Assembly (NCBI GenBank): GCA_963833575.1 | Contig: CAWHXY010000005.1 | Coordinates: 46,005-110,004 of the forward strand | Length of the DNA: 64,000 nt | Direction: 5' to 3' | Source of the DNA: Candidatus Bathyarchaeota archaeon | GTDB taxonomy: Archaea; Thermoproteota; Bathyarchaeia; Bathyarchaeales; Bathycorpusculaceae | Shown here: piece after piece, positions 10,039 to 19,960 of the stretch | How positions within the stretch are numbered: position 1 is the stretch's first letter | Layout: each line of letters starts with the position of its first letter | The notes under the pieces: generated by a model | Databases searched by the model: none | What the model saw: the letters and a program-made list of their open reading frames with translations, nothing else | Told to the model about the DNA's origin: nothing | Position numbers and translations under genes: made by a program

Positions 10039-10434
10039 ATGTCTAAAGCCAACTACAGTTGTGATGGTTTCAACTTCCTTAATAAAAAACAATTGATAAG
10101 ATTCAAATCTAAAGCTATGCGTTCTGGCGCGTGGTTCAAAGCTTTGCAAAGTATAGATAGAATACTCTTTGATTTAACGATAAGAGTTGTAGGCGGTATT
10201 CGAAGTGCCAAGTTAGCTAAAAGCATACTCTCGCTCATAAGGAAGTTAGGAAAATATTCTGGAAGTAGTTTTTCTAATCGTCTGAGGACTATGGGTTTGC
10301 CGCTATCTAAGAAAATAAGTTTAGTTGCGCAAAGCCTAGGTAACCCTTCAGCTAGCAGTTGGATGTTTGACCCTTCCTTTTCAGTTTTCTTGGCTATTTT
10401 GAAGTTTAATAGTAATGGAATACGGAAATCTTGA
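10039..10434 (+). CDS. hypothetical basic protein
   Basis: 131-aa ORF; no family recognised. Confidence 0.5.
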   Translation: MSKANYSCDGFNFLNKKQLIRFKSKAMRSGAWFKALQSIDRILFDLTIRVVGGIRSAKLAKSILSLIRKLGKYSGSSFSNRLRTMGLPLSKKISLVAQSLGNPSASSWMFDPSFSVFLAILKFNSNGIRKS

Positions 10435-10565
10435 ATTCACCCGTCGGCATGAATCGCAAAACGTTAAATTTCATCAGATTATGGCAAATGTTAAATTCTG
10501 TGATTTGCTTTTTAGCTATATAATGTTGCCTTTGAAACATGAATAAAATTGGACTTAATACGATT

Positions 10566-10790
10566 ATGTCTGAGATTAAAGTATACGTTAAGGAGAATTG
10601 GGGCTCTCCCTTCATATTTGTATTTATGGTACTGTTGATCAGCACTGCTTCTTTCTTATCGGCTGGCTTGTCTTCCTTAGCGGATGCTGTAGCAGTTTAT
10701 GCCTATTGCTTCTTGGTTGTTGGGGTCTTTCTTCAACTTGCTTGCTTTCTAAAGTATCGAAAGAGAAGCGATGATGAGGTAGTTTTTTGA
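10566..10790 (+). CDS. small membrane protein
   Basis: Two TM segments; stop overlaps next start; ORF is open from 10539. Confidence 0.6.
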   Translation: MSEIKVYVKENWGSPFIFVFMVLLISTASFLSAGLSSLADAVAVYAYCFLVVGVFLQLACFLKYRKRSDDEVVF

Positions 10791-11563
10791 TGGAACGAGT
10801 TGAATTGTCTTTTGTAATTCCTGCGTACAATGAGGAAAACTTTATTGAGGATACGCTTGAAACGATCGATTCAGTTATAAAAGATAAGAAAGTGCCATAT
10901 GAAATTGTGGTAGTAGATGATGGCAGCAGAGATGATACTTTAGCAAAAGCAAAGAAATACGCTGGGCTAAATGGTCATGTCAAAGTAGTAAGTTACAGGA
11001 AGAATGTGGGAAAAGGTCATGCAATAAAGACTGGTTTCATGCTAACTAAGGGTAACGTGGTGATTTTCACTGACGGAGATATGGAAATCGACTTGAGAAC
11101 TATTTCTAAATATCTTGAGGCTCTGAGACACGGTGATATTGTAATTGCTTCTAAACAACATGTGGATTCAAGAGTGGACGTACCTATATCTCGAAAGATT
11201 TTGAGCGAAAGCTTCAACGGTTTAGTTCGCTTTCTTACTGGTGTTCCTCTCAAAGATACCCAATCTGGGCTTAAAGCGATGAGGAAGAGCGCTTTTATCA
11301 ACGTTTTCCCACGATTGGCAGTTAAACGTTATGCTTTTGATGTTGAGCTGCTGGCTGTCGCAAACCTTTATGGTTTGAAAGTTGTGGAGATGCCGGTAAG
11401 CATTAAATTAGATGCTTCGTTTAAGCCAAGAGAGATGTGGCACATGTTTGTTGATTTGCTTGGGATAGCGTACAGGCTTAGAGTTATTCATTGGTATCAG
11501 CGTCCGCTTCCCGAGAAAAACAGTTTTCAAAGTATGGTTTCGCTTATTCTTCGTGAAAATTGA
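10787..11563 (+). CDS. GT2 dolichyl-phosphate glycosyltransferase-like protein
   Basis: VIPAYNEE, VVDDGS, GKG.A, DGD, DTQSGLK, FDVE. Confidence 0.88.
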   Translation: MMERVELSFVIPAYNEENFIEDTLETIDSVIKDKKVPYEIVVVDDGSRDDTLAKAKKYAGLNGHVKVVSYRKNVGKGHAIKTGFMLTKGNVVIFTDGDMEIDLRTISKYLEALRHGDIVIASKQHVDSRVDVPISRKILSESFNGLVRFLTGVPLKDTQSGLKAMRKSAFINVFPRLAVKRYAFDVELLAVANLYGLKVVEMPVSIKLDASFKPREMWHMFVDLLGIAYRLRVIHWYQRPLPEKNSFQSMVSLILREN

Positions 11564-12519
11564 TGTCTTCAGAGAGACTTGTTTCAATTATCATACCCTG
11601 TAAAGATGTGGATAGTTACACTATTGAGTGTATCAAATATTGTAAACTCTTGGACTATTCAAATTTTGAGATAATATTGTTACCTGATCATTCCGCCAAA
11701 TCTATTGAGGGAGTTAGAATAATAAGCACTGGACCAGAGTCGCCAGGCGTCAAACGTAATGTAGGCGTCAAGAACTCAAATGGCCAATTTTGTGCTTTTA
11801 TTGATAACGACGCTTTTCCTCGAAGTGACTGGTTGACTAATGCAATGAAATATTTTGAGAATCAAGAAGTTGGCGGCGTAGGAGGACCTGGATTAACACC
11901 TGAAACGGACAACTTTATGCAGAAAGCTGGCGGATACGTCTTATCCTCGTTTATGGTCGGTAACTTAACTAGTAGATATAGAACCGAGAGTTGTTTTGAG
12001 TCTGATGATATTCACTCATGTAATTTCATCGCTGAAAAATCAACAATTGAAGAGGCAGGTGGTTGGAACGAAAAATACTGGCCTGGCGAGGACACTCTAA
12101 TGTGTTTGGCAATTATGAAGCTTCACAAAAAACTCATTGAATCATCGGAAGTAATTGTTTATCATCATCGACGATCACTTTTTAAGCCACACCTGAAGCA
12201 AGTTTCAAGATTTGGGGAACATAGAGGGTTCTTTACCAAAAAGTTTCCAGAAAACTCTGCTAAACTGACATACTTCGTTCCAACCCTTCTTCTTTTTTCA
12301 CTCATTATTGGGATTACATTATCTGTGGTCTTTTCTTTCTTTATTTACATCTTACTTCTTGGAGTAGCACTATACCTTGTCTTAAGCTTAATTGCAGCCG
12401 CGTTGCAAGTTAGAAATATGAAAATGCTTCTCTCGGTATGGTTCGGCATAATAGTAACACATATCATCTACGGCTCTTTCTTCCTATCCGGTTTGATTAA
12501 GCGTGATCTGAAAAGATGA
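11560..12519 (+). CDS. GT2 glycosyltransferase
   Basis: RNVG, FIDND, GED motifs; C-terminal TMs. Confidence 0.85.
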   Translation: MMSSERLVSIIIPCKDVDSYTIECIKYCKLLDYSNFEIILLPDHSAKSIEGVRIISTGPESPGVKRNVGVKNSNGQFCAFIDNDAFPRSDWLTNAMKYFENQEVGGVGGPGLTPETDNFMQKAGGYVLSSFMVGNLTSRYRTESCFESDDIHSCNFIAEKSTIEEAGGWNEKYWPGEDTLMCLAIMKLHKKLIESSEVIVYHHRRSLFKPHLKQVSRFGEHRGFFTKKFPENSAKLTYFVPTLLLFSLIIGITLSVVFSFFIYILLLGVALYLVLSLIAAALQVRNMKMLLSVWFGIIVTHIIYGSFFLSGLIKRDLKR

Positions 12520-13988
12520 AAATCAGTATCTCTTACCCGCCGATACATTCAGAAAAAGGAATTCCGCTCTTGTCCCAGAACCGCCAGTTCCAATACTTTC
12601 AATCGCCAACTTACATATATCCAGTTGTTCCTGCCTTTGCAGCAACCTTGTTGAAGAATGCTGGTTACGATGTGGTTTGGGACGATGGCATTGCACAAGA
12701 GAAAACTTACAAACAGTGGCTAATCGATGTCGAACAAACCAATCCTGATATTATCATGATTGAGACTAAAACTCCAGTTGTTAAGAAGCACTGGTCCATA
12801 ATTCGCGAACTAAAAGAGATTCTTCCTAAATCAAGGGTTGTTTTGGTTGGGGATCATGTCACTGCTTTGCCATTGGAGTCTATGGAACAGAGTATTGTTG
12901 ACTTTATTCTGACTGGTGGAGACTACGATTTTCTAATACTAAATCTAGTTGATTTCCTAAATGGCAAATCCAAACAGTTAGAACCTGGGATTTGGTATAG
13001 AGAAATCAATACAATAAAAAGCACTGGGCAATTCAAGTTAAATCACAGTTTGGACGATTTACCACACATTAATCGTGACTTAACTCAGTGGCAGCTTTAC
13101 AACGAGCGAAACGGCAACTTCAAGGTTATCCCAGGCACTTACACAATGGCAGGTCGCGACTGTTGGTGGCGAAAAGACGGGGGTTGCACCTTTTGTTCTT
13201 GGCCTACTTTATATCCTACTTTCAGAGTGATGAAGCCTGAGCGTTTGGCAGATGAAATTGGGTTATTAATTGGGCATTATGGAGTAAAATCGGTTTTTGA
13301 TGACACTGGCTGTTTTCCTGCAGGAGAATGGCTCAGACACTTCGCCAACCTAATGATAGACCGTGGATATAACAGAAAAGTCCAGTTCAGTTGCAACATG
13401 CGATTTGGAGCCCTCTCACGCGAGGATTATCGTTTAATTAAGCGAGCAGGTTTCAGAATGCTTCTTTTCGGCGTGGAATCTGGAAGCCAAGCTACTCTTG
13501 ATCGCCTTAACAAAGGAACAAAAATAAATGATATCATTAATGATTGTAGAATACCTCGAGAAGAAGGATTAGAACCGCACATTACAATTATGGTGGGTTA
13601 TCCGTGGGAAACGCGCCAAGATGCGCTAAGAACTTTGAATGTTGCCAAAACCATGATGCTTAAAGGCTGGGCTGTTACCTTGCAATCTACCGTTGTTATT
13701 CCTTATCCGGGGAGTAAATTATATGCTGAAGCGTTAAAGAATGGTTGGTTCCGAGTTGACCCTAAAGATTATGAGCGTTTTGATATGAAAGAGCCAGTTA
13801 TGACTACACCCGACATGACGCCTGAAGAAGTAATGAAGCTATGTGACGAAATTTACAAGGTGTTTTTGACACCGCAATATATGCTTAAACAGCTTGTTCG
13901 AATACGATCGTTAAGAGATTTTAGATACTCAGTTAAGGGTGCGGCAAAAGTTTTGGGACACGTGAAGGATTTTGGAAAAAACAAGTAG
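12516..13988 (+). CDS. B12-binding radical SAM protein (class B methylase-like)
   Basis: N-terminal B12-binding-like domain (LVGDH), GRDCWWRKDGGCTFC, FDD, GVESGSQ..L, MVGYPWET, PYPGS. Confidence 0.85.
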   Translation: MKISISYPPIHSEKGIPLLSQNRQFQYFQSPTYIYPVVPAFAATLLKNAGYDVVWDDGIAQEKTYKQWLIDVEQTNPDIIMIETKTPVVKKHWSIIRELKEILPKSRVVLVGDHVTALPLESMEQSIVDFILTGGDYDFLILNLVDFLNGKSKQLEPGIWYREINTIKSTGQFKLNHSLDDLPHINRDLTQWQLYNERNGNFKVIPGTYTMAGRDCWWRKDGGCTFCSWPTLYPTFRVMKPERLADEIGLLIGHYGVKSVFDDTGCFPAGEWLRHFANLMIDRGYNRKVQFSCNMRFGALSREDYRLIKRAGFRMLLFGVESGSQATLDRLNKGTKINDIINDCRIPREEGLEPHITIMVGYPWETRQDALRTLNVAKTMMLKGWAVTLQSTVVIPYPGSKLYAEALKNGWFRVDPKDYERFDMKEPVMTTPDMTPEEVMKLCDEIYKVFLTPQYMLKQLVRIRSLRDFRYSVKGAAKVLGHVKDFGKNK

Positions 13989-14841
13989 TTCTCTGAAAAA
14001 TTACGTTAACCCTTTGGATAATAAGCCACTAGTTTCAGTGTTAATTCCGACTTATGACTCAGGCAGTACAATTAAGAAATGTATTGAATCAGTTAAAGCT
14101 CAAACTTACAAGAATATTGAGATAATAGTTATTGACAATCACAGTTCAGACGGTACAAAGCGGATAGCTGAAGGTCTCGGAGTTATAACTTTAACGAAAG
14201 GACCTGAAAGATCAGCCCAAATGAATCAAGGTGTTTTCACTGCAAATGGGAAATTCATACTTCGTGTAGACTCAGACATGATTTTGGACCCAAACCTCAT
14301 AGAAAAATGTCTCAAACTATGTGATGAAGGAGCTCAAGCAGTCGTAGTTCCAGTTCTTCCGCATCAAAATGGCCCACATAATTTTTGGATATCCTGTAGA
14401 ACATTGGAACAAAAAATGTTGTTAGATGATATGGTTAACGTTGCTCCACGATTTATTAATCGAGATGTTTTCTTGGAAGTAGGTGGCTACGATGAAACTA
14501 TTGTTGCTTGGGAAGATTACGATCTTCATAATAGATTGATCAAATCAGGGTGTCGAGTGTCTTCGCTTCAGGATTCTGCACTATGGCATCTTGGTGAGGC
14601 ATCTTCTCTAAGTGAAATGGTGGTCAGAATGGTAAGGTATGGAAAGACGGGGTCGCTGGGATTATTCACTAAGAAACATGGTTTGGGCGGATTAAAACAA
14701 ATATCAATAATTCGACCTTCATATTTTCGGCACCGCAATTACTTTGTGACGGACCCCCTGCATTTTGTTGGAATTTTCGTCATGAAAATTGTTCAAACGT
14801 TTTCTGTAGCACTAGGTGCTTTTGTAAGGCACTTTCCATGA
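13972..14841 (+). CDS. GT2 glycosyltransferase
   Basis: VSVLIP, IDNHSSDGT, DSD, GGYDE..WED. Confidence 0.85.
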   Translation: MEKTSSSLKNYVNPLDNKPLVSVLIPTYDSGSTIKKCIESVKAQTYKNIEIIVIDNHSSDGTKRIAEGLGVITLTKGPERSAQMNQGVFTANGKFILRVDSDMILDPNLIEKCLKLCDEGAQAVVVPVLPHQNGPHNFWISCRTLEQKMLLDDMVNVAPRFINRDVFLEVGGYDETIVAWEDYDLHNRLIKSGCRVSSLQDSALWHLGEASSLSEMVVRMVRYGKTGSLGLFTKKHGLGGLKQISIIRPSYFRHRNYFVTDPLHFVGIFVMKIVQTFSVALGAFVRHFP

Positions 14842-14965
14842 TTTGTAGAGTTTGGAAAATATCGCTGAGATTTTTTTCGGGGGAAGCCTATTTTTATATC
14901 CTCTTGAGGCAATAACTTATTAATTGATGGAACGGAAGTAGGATAGAAAATAGGACTGGTGCGAC

Positions 14966-16036
14966 GTGCAACAAGCCAAGAAAGAATGGCCAACTGTCTC
15001 CGTAGTAACTGTCAGTTTAAATGGCAAAAAATGGCTGAAGGATTTGTTCCTCTCCATTTTGGCTAGTGACTACCCTCAGAATAAATTAGAGATGATTTTT
15101 GTGGATAATGGCTCCATTGATGGAAGTGTTGAATTCGTCAAAGACATCTTTGCGAATGACACGCGCTTGAAGATAATTCAAAACACTGAGAATTTGGGGT
15201 GGTCGCCAGCTAACAATCAGGGTATGAGAATTTCAAATGGCGAAATAATTGTGTGTGTAAGCAATGACATGATTGTCGATACGAATTGGATCAAAGAAAT
15301 TGTAAAGGTCATGGAACTAAACGAAAACATTGGGATAGTTCAGTGCAACTCTATTTCCATGTGGGATCGAATAACTCCCGACTCTGGAATGAATTATCTT
15401 GACAGATTTGGCTACTCTTATAGTTATACTTCATCTAAAATGAATTATGAAGTGTTCTTTGCAGAAGGAATGGCTTTTGCTATTAAAAAAGAAGTTATTA
15501 AAAAAGTAGGTATGTTTGACGAATACTTCTTCATGGAATATGATGACATGGACCTTTCTTGGCGCGCCCGTTTGGGTGGTTATAAAGTGTTTTTTGTTCC
15601 AGCCGCTATAGTTTATCATGCAAGAGGCGGCACCGTCGGAGCTACTTATTTTCAAAGAATCAACAATGTTAAGTGGTATACTAGGAATCACCTTGTTACC
15701 CTGATAAAAAATTATGAAATAAAAACTCTGCTTAGATTATCTCCAATAATCTTAACGGTGGAGCTAATAAAAATCGTTTATTTGGCCATTTTTAAAAAGA
15801 ATTTGAAAATATCGTATGCAGCATTAAAGGGTATTTTACAGCTTGCAGCGGATCGAAGGATTATTTTGCAAAAAAGATTTGAAACGCAGAGTTTTAGAGC
15901 GGTTTCTGATAAGGAAATCCTTCAGATTATGCACCCCTTCAACCCTTGGCTTCTACGCTTATTTCTTACAAAACAATCTAGATCTGAGAGACTTGTATTA
16001 AGTAATAAACCCCCAATAAATTGGAGATCTGAATAG
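14966..16036 (+). CDS. GT2 glycosyltransferase (rhamnosyltransferase-like)
   Basis: VDNGSIDGS, N.G, SND, FDEYFFMEYDDMDLSWR. Confidence 0.85.
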   Translation: MQQAKKEWPTVSVVTVSLNGKKWLKDLFLSILASDYPQNKLEMIFVDNGSIDGSVEFVKDIFANDTRLKIIQNTENLGWSPANNQGMRISNGEIIVCVSNDMIVDTNWIKEIVKVMELNENIGIVQCNSISMWDRITPDSGMNYLDRFGYSYSYTSSKMNYEVFFAEGMAFAIKKEVIKKVGMFDEYFFMEYDDMDLSWRARLGGYKVFFVPAAIVYHARGGTVGATYFQRINNVKWYTRNHLVTLIKNYEIKTLLRLSPIILTVELIKIVYLAIFKKNLKISYAALKGILQLAADRRIILQKRFETQSFRAVSDKEILQIMHPFNPWLLRLFLTKQSRSERLVLSNKPPINWRSE

Positions 16037-16789
16037 ATGAAAAAAATTAAGATAGGTGTTATTCCCGCTGCAGGATATGGTCGTCGTTTGAGTAGTCTTC
16101 CTCTAACACGTGTGCTTCCAAAATGCTTGCTTCCCATACTGAATAAGCCAATCTTGGGGTATGTGATAGAAAACATGAGACAGATGGGTGTTGAGGACGT
16201 ATACATGATAGTTGGATTTAAGAAAGAATTGATTCAAGAGTACTTTGAAGATGGTTCAGATTTTGGAATTAATATTAAGTATATTCTGCAACCTAATCCG
16301 CTTGGAATAGCTCACGCCATTGGGTTGACGAGAGAGTACATACATGAACCTTTTGTTGTTACCTTAGGTGATGATCTTACAATATCAAAATCTTTCGAGA
16401 ATATAGTTGAAATGTTCTGGACTAAAAGAGCTATTGCAGTTGAATGCGTGGTTCGCGAAGCAGACATTGAAAAACTTAGACAAGCTTGTTGCATTCAACT
16501 AGATAATGATGGAAAAATTCAAAATGCCGAAGAGAAGCCATGCAACCCCACCTCAAATGTTCGTGGATGTGGCATTTACATTTTTAATCCGAAAGTTTAC
16601 GATTACATCGGAAATACACCTACCTCTATTCCACGTAACGAAAAAGAAATTACAAATACAATCAAGTTAATAGCAGACGACAATTCAGCTTATGGTGCAT
16701 TCATAAACGGGGTCAATATTAATGTTAACACAAGCACAGACCTTCTTGAAGCAACAAGACTTCTTCTTGAAAATCCTAAGACAAGTTAG
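16037..16789 (+). CDS. sugar-1-phosphate nucleotidyltransferase
   Basis: GVIPAAGYGRRL, PK.LLPI..KP, LGDD, EKP. Confidence 0.88.
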   Translation: MKKIKIGVIPAAGYGRRLSSLPLTRVLPKCLLPILNKPILGYVIENMRQMGVEDVYMIVGFKKELIQEYFEDGSDFGINIKYILQPNPLGIAHAIGLTREYIHEPFVVTLGDDLTISKSFENIVEMFWTKRAIAVECVVREADIEKLRQACCIQLDNDGKIQNAEEKPCNPTSNVRGCGIYIFNPKVYDYIGNTPTSIPRNEKEITNTIKLIADDNSAYGAFINGVNINVNTSTDLLEATRLLLENPKTS

Positions 16790-16933
16790 GTTGGAATTAA
16801 TGGCTTCTTCTTTGGGTTTATACAAATTAGTTAACTGGCGCTTGATTAGAATCCTTAAAAAACTCTTGTTAGTTGGTACGTTAAGTTATTTACTTTTTGT
16901 TATAACTAGAAATAGTTCAGTCAAAGGTGTGCC

Positions 16934-18151
16934 TTGATCTTGAAAGAGTCAGATTTATCTATGTATGTATTGGGTGGTTCGCCGACTAGAGCTGATAGCC
17001 TAGATGGTGGTTCTCGAATATTCATAGAATGTGCAAGACGATGGTTGGACAAAGGGGTAGACATATTTTTTTTTACATCAGAAGAAGGTTATGAACTGCT
17101 TCATAAGTACGGTTTAAACTCAATAAGGTATATAGTTGCCTATTCCTCAAAGTACCAACGGTTTGGTCTCTACGGACTATATGTAATTAGAATGATTAAG
17201 CAGTGTTTGAATGTTATCAGAATTAAGCCCGAATGTGAAGTTAATGTAATCTATTCAGGATCCGATTTTTGGCCTGATGCTGTTCCCGCATTTTTTCTAA
17301 AAATGCGATTCAAACAGGCAAAATGGGTTGCAGGCTTCTATCTTTTCGCACCTAATCCTTTCACAAGTGAAACACCTTACAAGGGAAAGGCAGTTCTGAA
17401 AGGGCTTGTTTACTATCTGTCTCAATTGCCTATTTATTATTTAGTTAGGAAATATGCTGACTCAGTTTGGGTTACAAGCGAACCTGATCGGTGGAAATTC
17501 ATCGGCGTAAGGCTTTCTAAGAGTAAGGTTGTTGCTGTTCGGGGTGGAGTTGATATCAAGACTCCTTTAACGATACCTGAACCACAGAATAAGAAATTTG
17601 AGGCAGTTTTCATTGGAAGATTTCATCCTCAAAAAGGTGTTTTGGAACTTGTAGATATTTGGAAAATAGTTTGTTCTAAGAACAATGGTGCGAAGTTGGC
17701 CATGATTGGTGTAGGTGAACTTGAAAGCGCTGTCATTAACAAGATAAAAATTTGTGGTTTGGAACAGAATATAGTTCTGTTCGGCTTTAAGGATGGTATT
17801 GAAAAGCTCAAGATTTTCAAGAATAGCCGAGTTGTTGTACATCCCGCTATTTATGATAGTGGTGGAATGGCTGCATGTGAGGCAATGGCTTGCGGTTTAC
17901 CCGGTGTGAGTTTTGATCTTGCTGCATTAAAAACTTATTATCCAAAAGGGATGATTAAAATACCCTGCTATGACTTAGCGGCGTTTGCAGCGAATATATT
18001 AAAATTGTTAACCGATGAAAAACTTTACAAAAGCACTGCTAAAGATGCGTTGGAGTGGGCAAAAGAGTGGGATTGGGATAAGAAGGCAGAAGATCTGCTG
18101 ATCTCATTGGAAGGAATAGGAGATAATATTAATGATAGTGTGCAAGTTTGA
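16934..18151 (+). CDS. GT4 (GT-B) glycosyltransferase
   Basis: FIGRFHPQKG, DSGGMAACEAMACGLP. Confidence 0.88.
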   Translation: MILKESDLSMYVLGGSPTRADSLDGGSRIFIECARRWLDKGVDIFFFTSEEGYELLHKYGLNSIRYIVAYSSKYQRFGLYGLYVIRMIKQCLNVIRIKPECEVNVIYSGSDFWPDAVPAFFLKMRFKQAKWVAGFYLFAPNPFTSETPYKGKAVLKGLVYYLSQLPIYYLVRKYADSVWVTSEPDRWKFIGVRLSKSKVVAVRGGVDIKTPLTIPEPQNKKFEAVFIGRFHPQKGVLELVDIWKIVCSKNNGAKLAMIGVGELESAVINKIKICGLEQNIVLFGFKDGIEKLKIFKNSRVVVHPAIYDSGGMAACEAMACGLPGVSFDLAALKTYYPKGMIKIPCYDLAAFAANILKLLTDEKLYKSTAKDALEWAKEWDWDKKAEDLLISLEGIGDNINDSVQV

Positions 18152-18749
18152 CCAAGCACGTGACAAACTCATCAATAATTTCTTCAATAATCATTTAAAA
18201 GGAAAAAGAATTTTGGAGCTAGGGTGTGGAAGCGGAGATAGAACAAAGTTATTCTATGATCAGAGTGAAGTAATTGGTATTGACATAAAGAATAAAATAG
18301 ATTACTTGGGACAACAGAAATTCGAGTTTCTTATGGCTGATGCTACAAAACTGCCATTTAAAGATGAAAGCTTTGATGCCGTTACATCTTTTGATGTAGT
18401 TGAGCATATATGGAATGATAAAGATTTTGTTTCTGAAGCTTATCGCGTGTGCAAAAGTGGCGGTTATGTGATTCTTGGTACACCTAATCGCGTAAGGTTA
18501 TCTAACAGGTTAATGCCTCTTTTAGGCAAGAAGATAACTTATCCATACTATTTAGGTCCCGATACAATCCATGTAAGAGAATACACCAAATCACAATTTA
18601 CATCTCTGTGCAAGGGTACCAGCTTAATTGGTGACTGTATTTCCGTCTGGATTGGGCTAGTAGGTCGATTCGATAGAGGTCTTCCAATATTTCCACGCTT
18701 TGTTTCTTCTTTGGCACAATATCTGCTTTTTATAGGCTATAAACCCTAA
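18132..18749 (+). CDS. class I SAM-dependent methyltransferase
   Basis: ILELGCGSG, DATKLPF, VVEH, TPN. Confidence 0.88.
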   Translation: MIVCKFDQARDKLINNFFNNHLKGKRILELGCGSGDRTKLFYDQSEVIGIDIKNKIDYLGQQKFEFLMADATKLPFKDESFDAVTSFDVVEHIWNDKDFVSEAYRVCKSGGYVILGTPNRVRLSNRLMPLLGKKITYPYYLGPDTIHVREYTKSQFTSLCKGTSLIGDCISVWIGLVGRFDRGLPIFPRFVSSLAQYLLFIGYKP

Positions 18750-18884
18750 TGGATCAGTGCTATACAGTATCTAACAGAATAAATCAATTGGAAAAAGAAA
18801 TGCATTATAATTAAGAGGGATTGCTTAAGCCGCTATGGACTAAGTCCAAGGAAAGCAAATATTTCTTAATAAACGATAGAATCG

Positions 18885-19583
18885 CTAATTTTTTTTGGCA
18901 ATACCCATCAAGAATATTGCATATCTCTCAGTTATGTTAATCTGCAGTTTTGCTTTTTGGTAAAGTGAAATAAAAAATCGTTTCGAAAAAGAATTAACGA
19001 CGACAGTTGAACCATATTCTAGCCTGTTTAATGGTTTACCAAAAAACTTATGGAAAATTACCCTCAGAGGGTACATAGCTTTGACATAGTACAAACTTTC
19101 GATAATTCTCTGGTAACGAGATACAACTATAGCATCCGCGACAACAAAACCGTTCTTTTGAGTAATACGTGCCAACTCGATCATTGACATCAAAGGGTTA
19201 GGTAAATGCGGGAAAATTTGCATGCAATAAACAACAGGAAAACAATTGTTTCTAAAAGGTAGATGTTCAGCATCACAATTAACCATGCTAATCTTATCAG
19301 CAACGCCAACATCTTTTGCGCGTTCCCTTGCTATGCTAATCATTTCTCTAGAAATATCTGCACCGACAACCATCTCAGCATTAGATTTGACTAGAGTAAT
19401 AGATAGCCGTCCCTTGCCCATTCCAATATCAACCACTAACTTGTTTTCTGGATGAGTGAAATGCACTATGTCCATTTTCTCTTTAATGTATGCTTCTCTG
19501 TATACTCCTTCGCCTTCGGGTTCCCACCAAGAAGCTACAGTTCCATCCTTGTTAAAATATTCCTTGAGTTTTTCTTTGCTCGT
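18885..19583 (-). CDS. class I SAM-dependent methyltransferase, apparent ACG start (first ATG at 19475)
   Basis: VDIGMGKG, DIS..M, DAEHLPF; frame is open 36 codons upstream of the ATG to an ACG preceded by TAA. Confidence 0.7.
   Translation of the reverse strand, partial: TSKEKLKEYFNKDGTVASWWEPEGEGVYREAYIKEKMDIVHFTHPENKLVVDIGMGKGRLSITLVKSNAEMVVGADISREMISIARERAKDVGVADKISMVNCDAEHLPFRNNCFPVVYCMQIFPHLPNPLMSMIELARITQKNGFVVADAIVVSRYQRIIESLYYVKAMYPLRVIFHKFFGKPLNRLEYGSTVVVNSFSKRFFISLYQKAKLQINITERYAIFLMGIAKKN
18961..19067 (+). repeat. 107-bp direct repeat A (other copy 20864-20970)
   Basis: Hand alignment: 8 mismatches, no gaps. Confidence 0.92.
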
Positions 19584-19646
19584 TTAAATCCCATCTAGTA
19601 CTTCAAGTTAAAGCTAATGGAACGTTACCATATTATAAAAGTTTGT

Positions 19647-19881
19647 TGAAGAAATTGTATCGCTTATGTTTAGGATTAACATTATAGAGCTTTGGCGTCG
19701 AATTGGGTCTTTATCTTAGATTTTTCTATTTTTTTCATAACTAATTTTTAGAAGCAAGTGTAATTAGCATTTAGTCATTGGTTTGATTATTTGTGAAATT
19801 GAATTTTGCAGCTGGTTTTTGTTATTGGCTGATAAATTGGGGGTTTCACGAAAGTTTATGAGCAAGTGAACAAAGTTAATG
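19647..19881 (+). repeat. 235-bp direct repeat B (orphan copy of 23136-23370)
   Basis: Hand alignment: about 4 mismatches; contains the 3' end of GT 22180-23208 and its downstream intergenic DNA. Confidence 0.95.
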
Positions 19882-19960
19882 AAAAATTTGGAAGTGTCAT
19901 CTTTTTAATTAATTATGAATCCAAGCAAATGCGGCGTTTAAATACGTCTCTTTCATTTAA

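Noticed and set aside
16722-16937. 71-aa ORF between nucleotidyltransferase and GT4
   Set aside because: Overlaps the upstream gene by 68 nt and has no recognisable motif.
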